Positions 61,201-64,000 of a stretch of DNA of 64,000 bases are shown here, piece after piece. The notes under the pieces are model-generated. The model had not been told where the DNA came from and did not search any database. It saw only the letters and a program-made list of their open reading frames with translations. Numbering within the stretch: position 1 is the first letter of the stretch; every line of letters begins with the position of its first letter. The translations under genes were made by a program, and so were the position numbers. This stretch comes from an uncultured Gemmataceae bacterium (GTDB lineage: Bacteria > Planctomycetota > Planctomycetia > Gemmatales > Gemmataceae): assembly GCA_963750165.1 (NCBI GenBank), contig CAVVPN010000003.1, positions 2,752,001 through 2,816,000 of the forward strand. Direction: 5' to 3'.

Positions 61201-63896
61201 TCAGCCTGGTGAGCTACATCGCCCCCGGCCCGAGCTTCGACGCCACGACCGCCTACCAGCAGCAGATCTTCGACGTGGCCAGCGGCACCTTCACGCCCGG
61301 CACCTACATGCTCACGGTGCTGATCCCGAACAGTTACTACCAGATCGATTTCGTCTGCGGCCAGGCGATCAGCACGCTGGGGCCGCAGAACTACGGCCCC
61401 GATAGCGGCAACATCTTCTACACGCCGCAGGGCCGCCTGCTCAGCGCCGACAACGACGGCACGACGGCGTTCGCGCCCCACGCGGTCGCCCCAGGCGACT
61501 TCGCCAAGAACAACTTCTGGGGCACCGCGATCGGCCAGAACGTGATCAAGGCCCTCAACGGCGGCTCGACCGCAACCTACCTGGCCTACTGGCTGGCCAC
61601 CACGTTCCCGAACCTGTACGGCCCCGGCGCCGGCAGCAGCCACTCGCTGGTCAACAGCAACGGCACCTACTTCACCAACGCCCAGGTGGCGACCGCCTAC
61701 GCCCACTTCGCCGGCAACGACCAGCAGGTGCTGTCGTCGGCCCTGTCCGTCTACGCCACCAGCATCAACCTCGCCGGCACCAACGTCCACAGCCTCGACA
61801 CCCACTTCAACACCTCAATGACCGGGTCCGCCATGGACACGGTCAGCGTCGGCCCCAACGGCGCCGCGTTCGGCCTGGCGAACAACACCACCGCGACGGT
61901 GATGCAGTTGCTGGTGGACCTCAACGCCAACACCGCCGCCGGGGCGGCCGTCTCCGCGGGAGCCGGCCCGGTGTTCACCGGCATCAACAACACCGGCAAC
62001 GTCACCAACGGGGCGCCGACCACGGCGGGTGGGGTGTCCTACACGCCGGCCCAGGTGCGGGCCGCCTACGGCGTCAGCAACCTCGCCCTGGACGGCACCG
62101 GTCAGACGATCGCGATTGTCGATGGCTACGACAACCCGGCCATCTTCACGGCCCTGGACACCTTCGACGCCCAGTTCGGCGTGACGACCACCGGACCGTC
62201 GCTGTACGACCAGTACGGGGCGGCCGCGTCGTTCCTGACGGTGGTGAACCAGTCCGGCCAGACGGGCGCCCTGCCCGCCACCGACCCGACCGGCGGCTGG
62301 GAGCTGGAAGAGGAACTCGACGTGGAATGGATCCACGCCCTGGCCCCGGGCGCCCAGATCGTCCTGGTCGAGGCCAACAGCCAGTCCCTGTCCGATCTGA
62401 TGACCAGCGTGCAAACGGCCGCCGGCCTGCCCGGCGTCTCCGTGGTGTCGATGAGCTGGGGCTTCGCCGAGGGCGTGTCCGTCCTCGCCCAGGACGAGGC
62501 GACCTACGACGCCGACCTGACCACACCCGCCGGCCACCAGGGCGTCACCTTCGTGGCCAGCACCGGCGACTACGGCACCGCCGACCCCGAGTATCCCGCC
62601 TTCTCGCCCAACGTCGTGGCCGTCGGCGGCACCTCGCTGCTGCTCAACGGCGACGGCTCCTACAACAGCGAAACGGGTTGGGGTTACAACTCCAGCAGCC
62701 TGGGGGCGTTCATCGGCAGCGGCGGCGGTGTCAGCCAGTACGAGGCCGAGCCGGCCTACCAACAGAGCGTCCAGTCCACGGGCTTCCGCACCACCCCGGA
62801 CGTGTCCTTCGTGGCCGACCCGGGCACCGGCGCCTGGGTCGCCGACCCGTTCAACAAGTCCGCCGACGACCCCTGGCAGACCGTGGGCGGCACCAGCCTG
62901 TCGGCGCCGAGCTGGGCGGGCCTGTTCGCCCTGGCCAACCAGGGGCGGACGGACGCCGGCCTGGCGACCCTCGGCACCACCACGCCGAACCAGGCACAGC
63001 AGGCGCTGTACACGCTGCCCCTGGGCGATTTCAACGATGTCACCACCGGCTTCAACGGCTACAGCGCCGGCCCCGGCTACGACCTGGTGACGGGCCTGGG
63101 CACCCCGGTGGCCAGTCAACTGGTGCCCGACCTGGCCGCGTTCACCACGGCCGGCCCGTCGCCGCGCACCGTGACCGTGACCGCGGGCGTCGGCAGCGGC
63201 AGCCTGGGCAACTACAGCAGCATGAACGCCCTGCACAACGTTGTCAACGTCGAGGTGGCGGGGGCGACGGGGTTGACCTTGCGGGACAGCCAGAGCCCGG
63301 CCGCGGCGGCGTCAACGAGCCCGGCGCTCGACCTGAGCGTGCTGCCCAAGTCGGTCGCGGCCGCCCCGGTGAGTGCGCTTACGTTCGCGCCGACCCAGGC
63401 GGTCAACCCGCTGGCGGTCACCGCGGCGAACGGATTCGTGACGCTGCCGACCGCGGTCTCCGGTGCCAACGGGACCGTCGTCCAGGTGGTCAGCCAGGCT
63501 CCGGTCAGCCTGATCTCGGCGGGTCTGGTCCAGGCCCCGCAGAGTGTCGCCAGCAGGTCCACGGATCTGTTCGCCGAACTGGCCCGCGGTCGCGCCATCA
63601 GTGACGCCTCGCTGTGGCAGCACGACGACCTGTTCGTGCCGGCGGCGAACGCCCGGGAGCCGCTGGCGAACTTCGGGACCGAGGCGCCGGCCGAGGAGCA
63701 GGTGCTGGACAGCATCTTCGGCAGCCTGGCCGCGGACGACGGCGACGAGGCCCTGGTGCTCGCCCCCGGCATCCGTGAGGTGGACGCGGCCTGTGCCGTG
63801 GGCCTCGCCTGGCTGGCCCTGTCTGCGTCGGCCGAAGACGAGCGGAACAGCCGCAAGTCCTCCGGCTTGCCTCAGCGGCGTTCCCCGAAGGTGTGA
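52227..63896 (+). CDS. 3,889-aa secreted repetitive adhesin-like protein: DUF11-like and SdrD-B-like repeats, ice-binding-like beta-solenoid, C-terminal S53 (sedolisin) peptidase
   Basis: 'FRPALEALEGRVVP'; repeated NIVKLTNG..VTWTYNVTN..GETW and GDFVWNDVNANGIQD..GYYQFSGL; S53 motifs EEELDVEW, ASTGD, VGGTSLSAP, GYDLVTGLGTP. Confidence 0.92.
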   Translation: MLHSLNRVWSKRKSMFRRQGDAVTQARKPFRPALEALEGRVVPAFAIRATEFDSLKNVVASSTQTSPSGPGSAFNAIFTLPDFSITIVGNNSNIGSTYAAHSTTINMLYTGPTGANSDSILIEVLGDSYVTPSAGPAQITSNASPSTSGLQASTVTMTSGVLNGDVALSGTPGTTLNGQLGQTMGAGSIGSASSVLSPNPTVSGSVFTLANPFTFYQTYTFGGFNTTGQAGSMSAGSEVDAVPNANNPHIAIVKLTNGTNNDDPPTPGVPDGPIVMVGSTVTWTYNVTNPGNEPIANVNVTDNIAGVNPLPVLSGSFNVGDTNDNGLLDPGETWVYTATGIATLGQYSNVGTVTGTSTITNTPVASDNPDHYFGVPVTPTITTQQTPLTGPVGTSTNDTAIVTGYYPTGTVTFNLYDNPNGTGTSLFTDTEPLVITPEEPLVGVATSTDFTITAPGTYYWVATYNGDNLNNNPVTSTTDGEPVVVATPAINIVKLTNGTNNDSPPVAGTPDGPIVPVGSTVTWTYNVTNPGTEPIANVAVSDNIAGVNPTPVLSGGFNVGDANDNGLLDPGETWEFTASGTATAGQYSNIGTVTGTSTITNTPVSATNPDHYYGYTTNINIVKLTNGTNNDNPPVAGVPDGPTVPVGSTVTWTYNVTTTGNVPLSSVAVSDNIAGVNPTPVLSGGFNVGDTNQDGLLEAGETWEFTASGTAIAGQYSNIGTATGTPSTPSGTPIPGAPPQTSTNPDHYYGTLSLGDFVWNDVNANGIQDSSDLTSNGINGVLVDLENSGGTVIATTTTGNNPVGGAPGYYQFSGLLQGTYTVVIDSSNFASGGALASYSATPSMVAGSTTANDSNGSPASVTLTTANDETIDFGYFKPGINIVKLTNGTNNDNPPVAGTPDGPTVPVGSTVTWTYNVTNPTGVALSSVSVSDNIAGVNPTPVLSGGFNVGDTNHDGLLEMGETWVFTATGTAIAGQYSNIGTATGTPVTPTGGTIPGATPVSATNPDHYYGTLSVGDFVWNDVNANGIQDSSDLTSNGINGVLVDLKNSSGTVIATTTTGNNPVGGAPGYYQFSGLLQGSYTVVIDSSNFASGGALAGYTATPSMVAGSTPANDSNGSPAAVTLTTANDETIDFGYFKPGINIVKLTNGTNNDSPPVAGTPDGPTVPVGSTVTWTYNVTNPTGVALSSVSVSDNIAGVNPTPVLSGGFNVGDTNHDGLLEMGETWVFTASGTAIAGQYSNIGTATGTPVTPTGGTIPGATPVSATNPDHYYGTLSVGDFVWNDVNANGIQDSSDLTGNGINGVLVDLENSGGTVIATTTTGNNPVGGAPGYYQFSGLLQGTYTVVIDSSNFNTGGALFGYTPTPSMAAGSTPANDSNGSPAPVTLTTANDETIDFGYIRPTPITITTTPGGPVAIGTPSLVVTKTANVTAALPFQPVTYTYTVTNTGNAPATNVSLVDDDGLPSMPAYSFTPAPVTTTYNGQTYNVGDANHDGLLSPGETWQFTATVIPPVTESQVINGTDVSVGTLIVQHPTSGPYAGDYEVTFLQSLGLVDNTYGTNASSGWGTHGHTFSDLTGSDGADFQFIDSRGNTVLQFEADYVSQGSSMTLPNGTTVNYPSGYGTLGLGGDGSLSVGNGSNILAINTTITQDLNQSSAYYGFTTNSPTPGSSLDANWNNVDGYTVVVSPATFGANGFGSVSIPYVHDSPSKLSSTIRFTPVAEPSTVTNTVTVTATAAGTTNQVTGSATTNVQIVPGGPTMQNTASIGLPTTFAPPATPLTDSATLSGGNSPTGTITFYLFAPGVTPNANNSNNVYSTTVAVSHGNGTYSTPATGYAPQTTGTYQWVAVYSGDGSNASVTSPFGSEPEAVSPPIFIATTPGGTVDLNSPSLVITKTANATAVLPFQPVTYTYTVSNNGSAAATNVSVVDDNGTPGSTGDDFSPAPVTTTYNGQTYNVGDANHDGLLSPGETWQFTATVIPPVTESQVINGTDVDVGTLSVQQLPSGDYKVTFLQSLGLVDNTYGTNASSGWGTQGHKFSDLTGSDGADFQFTDGRGNTVLQFEADYVSQSSSFPSDYGTLGLGGDGSLSVGNSAWIRSIDTTITDDLNQSPAYYGFTTNSPTPGTTLDASWNNVDGYTVVISSAAFGANGFGSVSIPYVHDSPSKLSGTIRFTPVAEPSTVTNNVTVTATGVGSTTQVTANTGVSVQIVPGGPANPTPVTASSSSAAMPTQLTDSATITGGNNPTGTVTFYLFAPGVTPNATFSNNVFTTAVTVNGAGTYPTPSGYTPMQTGTYQWVAVYSGDSNNPGVTSPFGSEPETVGPPVAISTTPGGTVALVNGVASGALTDSATISGGYRPGGSVTFYLYAPGVTPDALNDNYVYTVTVPVTGDGTYTTPGGFTPTMALSGLGTYEWVAVYSGDLNNAGVSSPFSDEPEIVNGGTPNVVVTKTADRSSIAAGMTAGYTVTITSTGTGTATGVTLSDPLPAGSGGDVNWMIDGTVGSPADFTITGSPGHQSLTLSSYFLTTLGDSLAPGASISVHITSPTNTGDANGGALASSFNTAGTAASGFVTLGTASNYSVLGLINTAITNSAVTITGNEGVSQGGSLSNMASSSITGNVYEYASGQYSGPGILGGSVITNASLLAQNDTDALNASTAAAGLSATQTFGNITAATTVNGNGGLNVIDINGNINLNNASLTLSGSASDVFIVNVTGNATFGGTGGLMLGSGVTVNHVLYNFTGTVGGPAGTITSHVGNVFYGTLLAPHESFNLDGSFVGEIIGGGSAGIQLLSNATVNANVMSLPNGLSNTATVTASGVASQQASATITIAQPGTISGTKFLDTTGKGFGGTNSPLGGVPINLYNDTNNNGVLDGGDSLVATTTTSTVAGQVGTYSFTGLAPGTYFVQEVVPSGYVQTGGGPNGSAGATYYTVTVQSGQAYAGNNFDDYQTPTCAPTNVSYYVVNNGSTTSYSNLSGNTNQGNSVTAVFTVTMTETLSLVSYIAPGPSFDATTAYQQQIFDVASGTFTPGTYMLTVLIPNSYYQIDFVCGQAISTLGPQNYGPDSGNIFYTPQGRLLSADNDGTTAFAPHAVAPGDFAKNNFWGTAIGQNVIKALNGGSTATYLAYWLATTFPNLYGPGAGSSHSLVNSNGTYFTNAQVATAYAHFAGNDQQVLSSALSVYATSINLAGTNVHSLDTHFNTSMTGSAMDTVSVGPNGAAFGLANNTTATVMQLLVDLNANTAAGAAVSAGAGPVFTGINNTGNVTNGAPTTAGGVSYTPAQVRAAYGVSNLALDGTGQTIAIVDGYDNPAIFTALDTFDAQFGVTTTGPSLYDQYGAAASFLTVVNQSGQTGALPATDPTGGWELEEELDVEWIHALAPGAQIVLVEANSQSLSDLMTSVQTAAGLPGVSVVSMSWGFAEGVSVLAQDEATYDADLTTPAGHQGVTFVASTGDYGTADPEYPAFSPNVVAVGGTSLLLNGDGSYNSETGWGYNSSSLGAFIGSGGGVSQYEAEPAYQQSVQSTGFRTTPDVSFVADPGTGAWVADPFNKSADDPWQTVGGTSLSAPSWAGLFALANQGRTDAGLATLGTTTPNQAQQALYTLPLGDFNDVTTGFNGYSAGPGYDLVTGLGTPVASQLVPDLAAFTTAGPSPRTVTVTAGVGSGSLGNYSSMNALHNVVNVEVAGATGLTLRDSQSPAAAASTSPALDLSVLPKSVAAAPVSALTFAPTQAVNPLAVTAANGFVTLPTAVSGANGTVVQVVSQAPVSLISAGLVQAPQSVASRSTDLFAELARGRAISDASLWQHDDLFVPAANAREPLANFGTEAPAEEQVLDSIFGSLAADDGDEALVLAPGIREVDAACAVGLAWLALSASAEDERNSRKSSGLPQRRSPKV
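54080..56420 (+). repeat. Intragenic tandem repeat, 783-bp unit (DUF11-like + SdrD-B-like) x3
   Basis: Near-identical units starting ~54080/54863/55646. Confidence 0.88.
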
Positions 63897-64000
63897 CGGT
63901 TGACTGCTTCCCCACTGGATGTATCGGACCGGGGCCGCCCGGTTCTACTCCTTCCCCTTGCTGGCACGGACTGCTCGCCGCCCAGGCGAGCGCCAGCACC

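Noticed and set aside
52230..61805. 3,191-aa antisense ORF and similar long shadow ORFs (3807-5249, 9006-10448, 34931-36544, 40568-42490)
   Set aside because: Mirror frames of high-GC coding genes; V/G/R/A-biased with no motifs
63962..63976. TGGCAC..TGC as a sigma-54 promoter
   Set aside because: GG-to-GC spacing is 8 nt rather than the required 10

Overview
High-GC bacterial DNA, most likely a planctomycete (Gemmataceae-like). This is inferred from two giant secreted proteins with the N-terminal 'LE.LE.R.VP' motif, plus HEAT-repeat, DUF1080 and PQQ-propeller genes and hpnCDE. Three blocks: (i) 1-13.4 kb, the end of a surface-glycan operon (Asn-synthase-like, UbiA-type prenyl-phosphoribosyltransferase, HAD, GT-C) and a ~2,900-aa PKD-repeat protein; (ii) 13.4-46.2 kb, mostly housekeeping genes (comEC, response regulator, ABC solute-binding protein, OYE, tandem IDH-like genes, typA, sixA, nfo, hpnCDE) with many REP/MITE-like palindromes; (iii) 46.9-64 kb, three glycosyltransferases, a FemAB-like gene and a 3,889-aa adhesin ending in an S53 protease. 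At least nine 1-2 nt frameshifts look like long-read assembly errors. Best lead: a secreted HEAT-repeat gene (37402-39624) has an in-frame TGA (38906) that aligns without gaps to a Cys of a paralog in this window (21642-22616) and is followed by a hairpin, a candidate new selenoprotein family. Second lead: two adjacent IDH paralogs with reciprocal active-site degeneration, suggesting a bacterial IDH3-like heteromer. Family calls are from motif recognition; no searches were run.
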